Positions 28,073 to 36,203 of a DNA stretch of 53,601 nt are shown here, in pieces. A model generated the notes under the pieces. That model ran no database searches. It worked only from the letters and a program-made list of their open reading frames with translations, and was not told the origin of the DNA. Each line of letters begins with the position of its first letter. Position 1 is the stretch's first letter. The stretch is from an uncultured Anaerolineaceae bacterium (GTDB lineage Bacteria; Chloroflexota; Anaerolineae; Anaerolineales; Anaerolineaceae), in assembly GCA_964595925.1 (NCBI GenBank), contig CAZQSG010000001.1, positions 27,437-81,037 of the forward strand. Direction: 5' to 3'. Made by a program: the position numbers and the translations under genes.

Positions 28073-28109
28073 AAAGAAACCCAACAAAATAGTGTTAAGT
28101 TTCTTTTTT
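28073..28109 (+). terminator. Weak rho-independent terminator after the NYN gene
   Basis: AAAGAAAC (28073-28080) pairs with GTTTCTTT (28099-28106) and is followed by TTT. The loop is 18 nt and the stem is AT-rich. Confidence 0.4.
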
Positions 28110-28159
28110 ACTGGGACATTCCATTAGTGAAAGCCCATTTGTAGTTGAGAGTAAAAAAA

Positions 28160-30004
28160 TTAATCAGCGGGTGCAGCTGCACTCTGTTTGGTTTCAAAGG
28201 GGTTGTAAGCCGTTTCCATCTGGCTGCGAAATTGGTTTGTGTAGAGTTGGAAATATTTACCCTGCTGTTTAATCAATTCTGCATGAGTGCCCATCTCTGC
28301 AATTTCACCATTTTCGATCACAAGAATGCGATCTGCATTTTTAATGGTTGAGAGTCGGTGAGCAATAATGAAACTTGTGGAGCGTTTTAGCAGACGATCC
28401 ATTGCCTTTTGAATGAGTGATTCTGTGAGTGTGTCTACCGAGCTGGTTGCCTCATCCATGATAAAAATATCAGGTTCTGCCAAAATGGCTCTTGCCAGAC
28501 TGATTAATTGCTTTTGTCCGACAGACAATAAGCTTCCACCTTCACCAACCTCCTCGTTATAGTTTTTTGGAATCTTCATAATGAAATTGTGGGCTCCTGC
28601 CAATTTTGATGCCTTAAATATCTCTTCATCAGAGGCATCTAATTTACCATACCGAATATTTTCTTTGATGCTCCCTGAAAAGAGGTGGGGTGTTTGTAAA
28701 ACAATGCCCAACTTTGATTGAATGCTATGGAGTGTGTAATCACGATAATCTCGACCATTTATTAAAATACTGCCCTCTTTTGGTTCGTAGAATCTGGCAA
28801 GTAAGTTGACGGTTGTTGTTTTCCCACCACCTGTTGGACCAACCAATGCGATTGTTTCTCCCTTCTTGACTTTCAAGTTGAAATTCTTTAGTACTGGCAC
28901 CTTTTCTTCATCGTCATCGTACCAGAATGTGACATTTTTATATTCAATGTCTCCGAGAATGTCATCAGGGGAAAAAGCCTTCTCTGTGTTTACGATCGCT
29001 GGAACAGAGTCAACCAGTGAGTAAATTCGTTCGGCGGAAGCAATTGACAATTGCATTTCTGCAAAGATACGCGCCATGTCGAAAATTGGCCACATCATGA
29101 AAGTGACATAAGATATGAAGGCCTGAATACTACCGATTGTCATCAATCCAATTCCATTTTCAAATTGCCAACCGCTGAAATATATTACTGCGGCAAGGGT
29201 GAATGAGGAGAGTATTTGAATGGCCGGCAGGAAGAGAGCGCTGAGAATCGCAGCTCTGACTGAGGCTTTGTACATTTCGGAACTCTCTGCTTTAAATTCA
29301 TTCAGGGTTCTTTGTTCTTGTCCTAATGCCTTAATGACACGAACTCCAGTAATCATCTCGTTGTATTTCCCTGTAAGCTTCGAATTTTGCTTCCTTACTT
29401 TTCGATATTGATGAAGAATGCCTGTTCGAAATTTTATTGCTACAAATATTAAAATGGGGACACTGAGAAGAACAAGAATTGCCAGTTTCCAATTTAGTGT
29501 GAACATGAAAATCAGGGCGATGCTGATGTTCATAACGCCCCAAAAAGAGTCGATTATACCCCATGTAAGAAGATCTGATACTCGTTGGATGTCTGATGTA
29601 AGTCTTGACATAATCCAGCCGACAGGCGTCACGCTATAATAAGACAGCGAAAGTTTTTGGAGGTGGGCGAATAATTTCTTTCGTAAATTGAACTGCACTT
29701 TTTCGCCGACTACACCAGCAAGAAGAATAAATGCAAATACACAGATCGCTTGAAAAATAATTAAACCACCATATTGGGCGAGTAGATGGCGAATTCGGTC
29801 ACTGTTCCCTGCGATAATGCCTTCATCGATAATTTGTTTATTTATATAAGTAAAGGTTGAGTCAAATAAGGCAGTCAGTCCGATGGATACTAAGATACCA
29901 AGAACAGGTAGCCACAATGGCCGCAGCTCTTTGATCAACCTGAGGAGAGTTTTCCCATTGAAGGAGGTCTCAAACTCTTCTTCTTCAAAATAATTAACTG
30001 ACAC
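28160..30004 (-). CDS. ABC exporter half-transporter (TMD-NBD), consensus-site subunit of a heterodimer
   Basis: Walker A GPTGGGKTT, signature LSVGQKQ (non-canonical), Walker B IFIMDEATSSVD, H-loop AHR. A GTG start at 30004 follows SD AAGGAG (30017-30012, 7-nt spacer) and overlaps the upstream stop by 11 nt. The track start at 30034 has no SD. Confidence 0.9.
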   Translation of the reverse strand: MSVNYFEEEEFETSFNGKTLLRLIKELRPLWLPVLGILVSIGLTALFDSTFTYINKQIIDEGIIAGNSDRIRHLLAQYGGLIIFQAICVFAFILLAGVVGEKVQFNLRKKLFAHLQKLSLSYYSVTPVGWIMSRLTSDIQRVSDLLTWGIIDSFWGVMNISIALIFMFTLNWKLAILVLLSVPILIFVAIKFRTGILHQYRKVRKQNSKLTGKYNEMITGVRVIKALGQEQRTLNEFKAESSEMYKASVRAAILSALFLPAIQILSSFTLAAVIYFSGWQFENGIGLMTIGSIQAFISYVTFMMWPIFDMARIFAEMQLSIASAERIYSLVDSVPAIVNTEKAFSPDDILGDIEYKNVTFWYDDDEEKVPVLKNFNLKVKKGETIALVGPTGGGKTTTVNLLARFYEPKEGSILINGRDYRDYTLHSIQSKLGIVLQTPHLFSGSIKENIRYGKLDASDEEIFKASKLAGAHNFIMKIPKNYNEEVGEGGSLLSVGQKQLISLARAILAEPDIFIMDEATSSVDTLTESLIQKAMDRLLKRSTSFIIAHRLSTIKNADRILVIENGEIAEMGTHAELIKQQGKYFQLYTNQFRSQMETAYNPFETKQSAAAPAD

Positions 30005-31832
30005 TTGAAATCTCCTTTTGTAATTCATCTTCAATCATTGTCTGAACTTTAAAAATATTTCGATAAATGCCATCCAATTCCAATAATTCGACATGTGTTC
30101 CGCTTTGGACAACTTTTCCATTATCCAACACAAGGATTAAATCAGCATTCATGATGCTTTGTATTCTGTGGGCAATGATAAACGTTGTGCGATTTTCCAT
30201 GAGATTATTTAGTGCATTTCGAATCTGTGATTCTGTTTCTGTATCCACAGAGGAGGTTGAGTCATCCATAATAAGAATTTTTGGGTTTCTCAATAATATT
30301 CGAGCAATAGCAACGCGTTGTTTTTGTCCACCGGATAGTGTCACACCTTTTTCACCGACCAGTGTGTCGTATCCATGGGGAAAGGTAAGGATTACCTTAT
30401 GAATGGCAGCCGCTTTTGCTGCTTTAACAATATCATCTTCAGAAACATCTTGATTAACACCAAACAAAATATTATCGCGTAGGGATCGGGAAAACAGAAA
30501 TGGTTCTTGCTCAACAGTGCCAATGTGCTGGCGTAGGAATCGTCTGGGATAGCGATTCAATTCGACATCGTCTAATTTTATGGACCCTTTTGTATATTCA
30601 AAGAAGCGTGGAAGAAGGTTTACCAAGGTTGTTTTTCCTGATCCAGTAGACCCAAGCAGGGCAATTGAATGACCGGCTTTTACTGAAAAGCTGATATTTT
30701 CAAGGATTGGGTGTCCATCTTCGTATGAGAAGCCAACATTATTAAAAGAGACATCTCCCTTGATGTGTTCGGGCTGGTAATCCCCCTGATCAAGGGGTTC
30801 ACGCTTCTCTTTGATGATAGAGCAGACGCGGTCATAAGAAACAAAGCCGCGCGACATCTCGACAATGAGGCGGCCTAAATTTCTCATTGGAAAAATAAGC
30901 CAGATGAGCATACCTGCATATGCCAAATAGGTTCCTATTGTAATTTCTCCATTCAATGCCATCATTCCACCGACAAAATATCCAATGATGATTTGAAACC
31001 CGCAGAGAATGTCAGAAACTGGCCAGAATAATGAATGCATCTTGTTTAAAAGAAGGCCGGCTTTATACTTTTCGATATTGTTTTTACCAAACTTTATAAT
31101 TTCATGCTCCTGTCTCGCAAATGCTTTAACAACGCGAACTCCGGAGAGATTCTCCTGTAAGGTTGTGGATAATGCAGCGTCTTTTTCCTGGTAATCTTTA
31201 TACTTTCTTGAGATTCGTTTAAAGAAAAAGGCCGAAATCATCACAATAAAAGGAATAATCACAATTGAGAATAAAGCCAATTTTACATTCAATGATAAAA
31301 TGGCAACGAAGTTGACGATAAAGAATATCAACGTCCTAGCAATGCCTATTGCATTTTGCGCAAAGAATCGACGCAATGTATCTACATCTGAAGTTGTTTT
31401 CTGTATCAATTCCCCTGTACTACTTTCGTTATGGTATTTGTAGGTTAAGTTTTGAATATGATCAAAAAGGAAATTGCGCAGTCGTTTTGTTGAACCTTCA
31501 GAGACTTCAGCAGTGAATCGTCCGCTAAAATAATTGGTACCACCTGTAATCAAAGTGAGTAAAATAATCGAAGCAGAAATCGGGAATAAGCCAACTTGAG
31601 CTGTTCCAAGAGTAAGATAATCATCAACAAAGTACTGCAGTATAAAGTATTGAGCAGTGCGTGCCATCGTAGATAGACTTATCGCAATCGTGGCAATGAT
31701 GTATTTAAGCTCATAGCCTTTCATGATTCTGAAAATTCCAACTAATTTTCTTTTGTGGAGAATATTGATCAAATCATAGTCATTATTTTTCGTTGCTTCC
31801 AAGATTTTCCTCCCAAAAATTGTATCCATCAT
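29994..31832 (-). CDS. ABC exporter half-transporter (TMD-NBD), degenerate-site subunit of a heterodimer
   Basis: Walker A GSTGSGKTT, signature LSGGQKQRVAIAR, Walker B ILIMDDSTSSVD (Asp replaces the catalytic Glu), H-loop AHR, six-TM exporter domain. Confidence 0.9.
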   Translation of the reverse strand: MMDTIFGRKILEATKNNDYDLINILHKRKLVGIFRIMKGYELKYIIATIAISLSTMARTAQYFILQYFVDDYLTLGTAQVGLFPISASIILLTLITGGTNYFSGRFTAEVSEGSTKRLRNFLFDHIQNLTYKYHNESSTGELIQKTTSDVDTLRRFFAQNAIGIARTLIFFIVNFVAILSLNVKLALFSIVIIPFIVMISAFFFKRISRKYKDYQEKDAALSTTLQENLSGVRVVKAFARQEHEIIKFGKNNIEKYKAGLLLNKMHSLFWPVSDILCGFQIIIGYFVGGMMALNGEITIGTYLAYAGMLIWLIFPMRNLGRLIVEMSRGFVSYDRVCSIIKEKREPLDQGDYQPEHIKGDVSFNNVGFSYEDGHPILENISFSVKAGHSIALLGSTGSGKTTLVNLLPRFFEYTKGSIKLDDVELNRYPRRFLRQHIGTVEQEPFLFSRSLRDNILFGVNQDVSEDDIVKAAKAAAIHKVILTFPHGYDTLVGEKGVTLSGGQKQRVAIARILLRNPKILIMDDSTSSVDTETESQIRNALNNLMENRTTFIIAHRIQSIMNADLILVLDNGKVVQSGTHVELLELDGIYRNIFKVQTMIEDELQKEISSVS

Positions 31833-31864
31833 AAAAAAAGTGCCGAAGAAATTTTCTGCGGCAC
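31833..31864 (-). terminator. Intrinsic-terminator-like hairpin plus U7, immediately upstream of the ABC operon ATG (proximal)
   Basis: Minus-strand RNA reads GUGCCGCAGAAAAUUUCUUCGGCAC (31864-31840). It forms a 6+4 bp stem with one mismatch and is followed by UUUUUUU (31839-31833) and then AUGAUG. Confidence 0.55.
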
Positions 31865-31874
31865 AAAAATTTAT

Positions 31875-31909
31875 AAAAAAACCGCAGGTACCCTTTTTTG
31901 TACCTACGG
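31875..31909 (-). terminator. Intrinsic-terminator-like hairpin plus U7 in the ABC operon leader (distal)
   Basis: Minus-strand RNA reads CCGUAGGUAC-AAAAAAGG-GUACCUGCGG (31909-31882), a 10-bp stem including one G-U pair that would be a C-A mismatch on the plus strand. UUUUUUU follows (31881-31875). Confidence 0.6.
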
Positions 31910-31943
31910 ATGGCTGCTCTCGCTCGTTATGGAAAAATGTAGT

Positions 31944-32009
31944 TTATACTACATCCCAAAGGCACATTACAGGTGAAACGTTATTATTTCTTGCTTTGAT
32001 TGTAACCAC
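31944..32009 (-). CDS. Putative 21-codon leader peptide (MVTIKARNNNVSPVMCLWDVV) upstream of the ABC exporter operon
   Basis: A strong SD AAGGAGG (32024-32018) lies 8 nt upstream of GTG (32009-32007). The TAA stop (31946-31944) sits in the loop of a 7-bp hairpin, ATGTAGT/ACTACAT (31937-31954). It is too short for the ORF track, and the call rests only on SD, context and the downstream terminators. Confidence 0.35.
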   Translation of the reverse strand: MVTIKARNNNVSPVMCLWDVV

Positions 32010-32048
32010 GTAACACGCCTCCTTTCTTCTTAATATAAATCCTCAACT

Positions 32049-32077
32049 AGTTTACATGGTTTTAATTAATTAGTCAA
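32049..32077 (-). promoter_or_regulatory. Sigma70-like promoter for the leader/ABC operon
   Basis: The minus strand reads TTGACT (32077-32072), a 17-nt spacer, then TAAACT (32054-32049). The predicted TSS is near 32042, about 18 nt upstream of the SD of the leader ORF. Confidence 0.5.
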
Positions 32078-32188
32078 GAATTTTTAAGAATGGAAAATTT
32101 GTTCTCATTATGTTGATGGCGATGACTATGTTGTATATACGATCTATGAGGAATTTAGAAAATTCTATTATCCTGTTTCGTAATCGGG

Positions 32189-32194
32189 TATAAT
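32189..32194 (+). promoter_or_regulatory. Candidate -10 box (TATAAT) 7 nt upstream of the ATG at 32202 (possible leaderless transcript)
   Basis: The sequence is cgggTATAATttccagtATG. There is no SD before the ATG and no alternative in-frame start. The -35 is poor. Confidence 0.3.
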
Positions 32195-32201
32195 TTCCAG
32201 T

Positions 32202-33215
32202 ATGAAAAATGAAGAAAATGCTCTTAACAAAGAGGAAATATTGCCTGAGGCATCGGCCAAGGGTAAGAATAAGAATCAAATCGGACGGGTAATATTTATT
32301 AGTTCAATTATATTTCTCTTATTCTTGACTGCAGGAACCCTGGCAGGATACCAGGGCGGTATAAATTTACGGGTAAAGAATTATGAAGGTCAGGTAGCTG
32401 TTGCTGCCGCCACACAGTACCAATATGGGGTAATTGATCTTGAAGAAGGACGGTATGATATTGCTCGTCAACGATTTGAGTACGTGATTGGGTTAGATCC
32501 CAAATTCCCTGGTGCCGCAGAGAAACTCCAGGAAGCTCTGTTGAATTCATCACTAGAAGCAAACCCAACAGCCGCGCCGTTGCTGCCTACCGTGGTGCCT
32601 ACAGAAGAAGTTATGCTTACGCCGACTCCTGACACCAGAACAGAAGAGGAGTTGATGGCATCGGTTGAAACACTATTAGCAGAGTTTGACTATGTAGCAG
32701 CAATTGGGCTATTAGATCAACTCCGAATGGGTTCTCCAGAGTATAAAACTGCCCAGGTTGATGGAATGTATTACATTGCCTACCGGAATTTGGGCGTTAA
32801 AAGAATCCTTGTTGAAGGCAATCTGGAAGGCGGCATGTATGATCTTTCGATTGCGGAAAGGTTCGGGCCTTTGGATGTTGAAGCCAATAGTTATCGAACC
32901 TATGCTCGATATTATGTAACAGGATCCAGTTTCTGGGAATTGGATTGGCGACAGGTTTCCTATTATTTTTCCCTGGTTTATAAGGCTCTACCTAATTTGA
33001 TTGACGGTTCAGGTTATACAGCTACAGAGCGTTTTCGACTGTCAACCATTTATTATGGCGATGATCTCTATGAAGTAGGGGACTATTGTAAAGCTCAGGT
33101 TCAATACGAAACAGCTTATGAAATTGACCAAAATGTGGAAGGGCTATGGGAAAAAGTTGAAAAATCTCGTGAAAACTGTGCTGAACACGGTGATGCATCT
33201 GAAAAAGGGGATTAA
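32202..33215 (+). CDS. Membrane-anchored hypothetical protein with a TPR-like extracytoplasmic domain
   Basis: A charged N-terminus precedes one TM helix (VIFISSIIFLLFLTAGTLAG). TPR-like helical repeats include GRYDIARQRFEYVIGLDPKFPGAAEKL and GDYCKAQVQYETAYEID. Confidence 0.5.
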   Translation: MKNEENALNKEEILPEASAKGKNKNQIGRVIFISSIIFLLFLTAGTLAGYQGGINLRVKNYEGQVAVAAATQYQYGVIDLEEGRYDIARQRFEYVIGLDPKFPGAAEKLQEALLNSSLEANPTAAPLLPTVVPTEEVMLTPTPDTRTEEELMASVETLLAEFDYVAAIGLLDQLRMGSPEYKTAQVDGMYYIAYRNLGVKRILVEGNLEGGMYDLSIAERFGPLDVEANSYRTYARYYVTGSSFWELDWRQVSYYFSLVYKALPNLIDGSGYTATERFRLSTIYYGDDLYEVGDYCKAQVQYETAYEIDQNVEGLWEKVEKSRENCAEHGDASEKGD

Positions 33216-33243
33216 ATAAACCAGAGTACAATATGTAAAATGT

Positions 33244-33274
33244 AAAACACCTTCCATTCGGGAGGTGTTTTTTT
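33244..33274. terminator. Bidirectional rho-independent terminator between convergent genes
   Basis: The sequence is AAAA-CACCTTCC-ATTC-GGGAGGTG-TTTTTTT, an 8-bp stem including one G-U, a 4-nt loop, a T7 run on the plus strand and a T4 run on the minus strand. Confidence 0.8.
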
Positions 33275-33317
33275 ATGAGAAAGAATGAATGATCAACAAC
33301 GTTGATGTTCAATTATG

Positions 33318-34673
33318 TTAAGAAGTTCTTTCTTGCAGATTGTCCGGAACCCCAAATAGATCATACGGTTCAGCTTCTGTGATAGTTACCTCAATCATAT
33401 CGCCGGTATTAAATTGTCCGTTTATAAATACGAGGCCATCAATTTCTGGGGCGTCTCTATATGAACGCCCGATCGAGATGTTTTGTTCAGAATCGTTTCC
33501 CTCAATAAGAACAGTTAGTGATTTTCCAATCCACTCCTGGTTCTTTTCAAGCGAAATTTGCTGCTGAATAACCATTAACTGGTCGATTCGATCCTGTTTA
33601 ACTTTCTCAGGAACAGGGTCGCCTAATGGCGCGCTGGGGGTACCGGTCTCATAGAAGAATGGGAAGACTCCCAGGCGATCGAAACGCATCTCTTTTATAA
33701 AATCTAAAAGAACCGAAAATTCTTTTTCTCCTTCACCCGGGTAACCTACGATGAATGTAGTTCTTAGTGATAAGTCAGGTATTTCACTACGGAGTTTTAA
33801 TAAATTATCATGAGTCTTTTCAATATTTGCAGGACGTTGCATGCTCTTTAGAATCTTTGGGTCGGCATGTTGAAGGGGAATATCAAGATATGGGAGGAAT
33901 CGCTGGTTGTGTTTCATCAATTGAATGAAGTCGTTATTGATTGATCCCGGGAAGGCGTAAAGCATGCGTAGCCAGGGGACATCTGGTGTTGCATCCAATA
34001 CATCTTTAATCAATGATATGTAATTGTAGTTGTTATTTAAATCCCATCCATAATCACTGGTGTCCTGTGCAATAAGAATAATTTCTTTTATATTTTGTTT
34101 TTGAAGGCTGATAGCATCTTCAAGGATAGCTTCTCTTGATCTGCTGACCAGGGTGCCTTTGATGAGAGGAATAGAGCAGTAAGAACATTTTCTTCGACAC
34201 CCATCTGCAATTTTTAGATAAGCACTTTTTCCCTGGGCTGCAATTCGGTGGACACCTGATGTTTCTGTCTTGCCGACAGTTTTCACATCCGGGATGTGGT
34301 ATTGGGTTTTTTGTGAGTTGCCACGGTTATCAATTTTGTCCAATAATTCCACAATGTCCATCCAGCGGCGGCTTGAGATCATCCCATCCACTCGAGGAAC
34401 ATTGGAATGAATCATTTTTGCATAGTGTTGGGTCATGCATCCGGCAGCTATCAGGTATTGACTGTTTTTTTTCCTGGCTGCCAATTCATTTAATACTTCA
34501 ATTGATTCATTTCTTGCTGGTTTGATAAATCCGCACGTATTTACAATGACCAGATCTGCCAGATCAGGGTCTAATATTGGGCTGTGTCCGTGTTGAATTA
34601 GAATGGCACCAATTGACTCCGAATCTACGGTATTTTTTGCGCAGCCGAGAGATACGATATGAAATTTCGCCAT
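33318..34673 (-). CDS. rimO: Ribosomal protein S12 methylthiotransferase
   Basis: N-terminal FHIVSLGCAKNTVDSE (MTTase N domain), radical-SAM CRRKCSYCSIP, and a C-terminal TRAM domain. The length of 451 aa and the N-terminal pattern fit RimO better than MiaB. Confidence 0.85.
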   Translation of the reverse strand: MAKFHIVSLGCAKNTVDSESIGAILIQHGHSPILDPDLADLVIVNTCGFIKPARNESIEVLNELAARKKNSQYLIAAGCMTQHYAKMIHSNVPRVDGMISSRRWMDIVELLDKIDNRGNSQKTQYHIPDVKTVGKTETSGVHRIAAQGKSAYLKIADGCRRKCSYCSIPLIKGTLVSRSREAILEDAISLQKQNIKEIILIAQDTSDYGWDLNNNYNYISLIKDVLDATPDVPWLRMLYAFPGSINNDFIQLMKHNQRFLPYLDIPLQHADPKILKSMQRPANIEKTHDNLLKLRSEIPDLSLRTTFIVGYPGEGEKEFSVLLDFIKEMRFDRLGVFPFFYETGTPSAPLGDPVPEKVKQDRIDQLMVIQQQISLEKNQEWIGKSLTVLIEGNDSEQNISIGRSYRDAPEIDGLVFINGQFNTGDMIEVTITEAEPYDLFGVPDNLQERTS

Positions 34674-34740
34674 AATTCAATGATCCTTAATAATTTTGAA
34701 AAGCCTGCTGAAGTGACCAATTGTCTGCTCAAGAAGTAGT

Positions 34741-36066
34741 TCAATCAGAAGCAGGTGTTAGCGTTGGGGTTGGTGGTGGTGTGTTGGTAATTGTTGGCGT
34801 TGCTGTAGAAACTGCTGTGGGGGTGATGATGCTTTCGGGGAGAATGGTGAAATTAATTACCTGTCCCACAACACCTAGAATGCCAAGATCTGTCTGCTCA
34901 CCATTTTGGATTAAGATTGCCGAAAATGCGGCAGCATTTCCGGTAGTGAACTCTAATTTTTCATCTGCATAAAATTGATACGCGCTTCCGGGTAAAACAC
35001 GTCCACTGAATTGTATTTCTTCATCGGCTATGACCTGAAGCCAGGCTCGCTGATTTGTTGTAAGATGCAGTTGAATCTTTGCATTATTGTTTAAAGTTGT
35101 TATATCTTCTGGGGATTCTATGTTTTGAGTTGTCTGGTCAGGGGGGACAAATTCCTCTACAAAGTCCGATTCTGTTGGTTCGGGCGATGGGGTAAAGGTT
35201 GATGTTGATGTTGGTGAATTTTCGATGATATTGGTTTGTGTGAGGAAGGAGTTTGCTTTTAACCTTTCCTGGTTTGTATTCACGACCTTTGCAATACTCA
35301 AAATTGCAATAACCAGAACTAAAATAATTAGTGAGGAACCAATGATCAGGTCAGGGGTGAATAATTTTCTAATTGGTAACTGCGTTTTGCTGGATTTTTC
35401 ATTTTTACGATTCTTTGGTAACCTCTCAGCTATCTGGGTCTCAATACGCTTTTGCAGAAGGGCTTCAGCATACAACTCCAGCGTATGATCAACATCCATG
35501 TTCATGAAGGCTGCATAATTTTCTAACATTCCTTTGGCCTGTACACTGGAAGGCAATTCATTGAAGCGGTTTTCTTCGATGGATTCAAGGATGGTTTTTC
35601 GAATATGCGTAGCCTGTTCAACATCGGTATACGATAATTGAAGAATTTTTCGTTGCTGCTTAAAAAAGAGCCCTAATTCTTCCAATAATTGATGGGAAGA
35701 TGGGGCTTCATCATTTATAGGTCTATTACCATCCAGATCAGTCTCTTCAACTGAAGTTGATAATGAAGATTGCTCTGCTGATTCATTATCATTCGATTCG
35801 TCAGCAGAAGATGTTTTTCTTTCATTTTCAGGCTCTTCAATGCCGTTCCACTGCGAAATCAACTTCTCTGAGTTCAGTTCTAAGAAAGAAGCATATAAAC
35901 GGAGAAAACCCTTTGCCTGCACATCGGACGGTAAATTTTGAGGTTCATCATTTTCAAGTGCCTGGAGATATTCAATGCGTATATGTAATTCATCCGTCAC
36001 TTCTTGGAGTTGGATGTTTTTTTGTTCTCTTTGGTTTCTTAACTGTTTACCAATACTATCGCACAT
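34741..36066 (-). CDS. RodZ-like cytoskeleton/morphogenesis protein with two tandem HTH modules, one TM helix, a Pro/Thr linker and a DUF4115-like C-terminal domain
   Basis: HTH 1 is GKQLRNQREQKNIQLQEVTDELHIRIEYLQALEND...VQAKGFLRLYASFL. HTH 2 is FKQQRKILQLSYTDVEQATHIRKTILESIEENRF...VQAKGMLENYAAFM. The TM helix is LIIGSSLIILVLVIAILSI. The C-terminal region is AWLQVIADEEIQFSGRVLPGSAYQF. Confidence 0.7.
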   Translation of the reverse strand: MCDSIGKQLRNQREQKNIQLQEVTDELHIRIEYLQALENDEPQNLPSDVQAKGFLRLYASFLELNSEKLISQWNGIEEPENERKTSSADESNDNESAEQSSLSTSVEETDLDGNRPINDEAPSSHQLLEELGLFFKQQRKILQLSYTDVEQATHIRKTILESIEENRFNELPSSVQAKGMLENYAAFMNMDVDHTLELYAEALLQKRIETQIAERLPKNRKNEKSSKTQLPIRKLFTPDLIIGSSLIILVLVIAILSIAKVVNTNQERLKANSFLTQTNIIENSPTSTSTFTPSPEPTESDFVEEFVPPDQTTQNIESPEDITTLNNNAKIQLHLTTNQRAWLQVIADEEIQFSGRVLPGSAYQFYADEKLEFTTGNAAAFSAILIQNGEQTDLGILGVVGQVINFTILPESIITPTAVSTATPTITNTPPPTPTLTPASD

Positions 36067-36123
36067 TCTTCCCTCAATTTATTCTATCGTTCAGGGAAAT
36101 TTTATCACAGGGTGAGGAAGAAA

Positions 36124-36161
36124 ATTAAAAAAACAATTGTTGAGTTAAGAATCAACAATTG
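36124..36161 (-). terminator. Rho-independent terminator of rplI
   Basis: A perfect 11-bp inverted repeat, ACAATTGTTGA (36132-36142) and TCAACAATTGT (36151-36161), has an 8-nt loop and is followed on the minus strand by a T run (plus-strand A run 36126-36131). Confidence 0.75.
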
Positions 36162-36203
36162 TCTTGGTGTATCTCTTTTTCAGACAGTCAAAAAAGAACA
36201 GAG

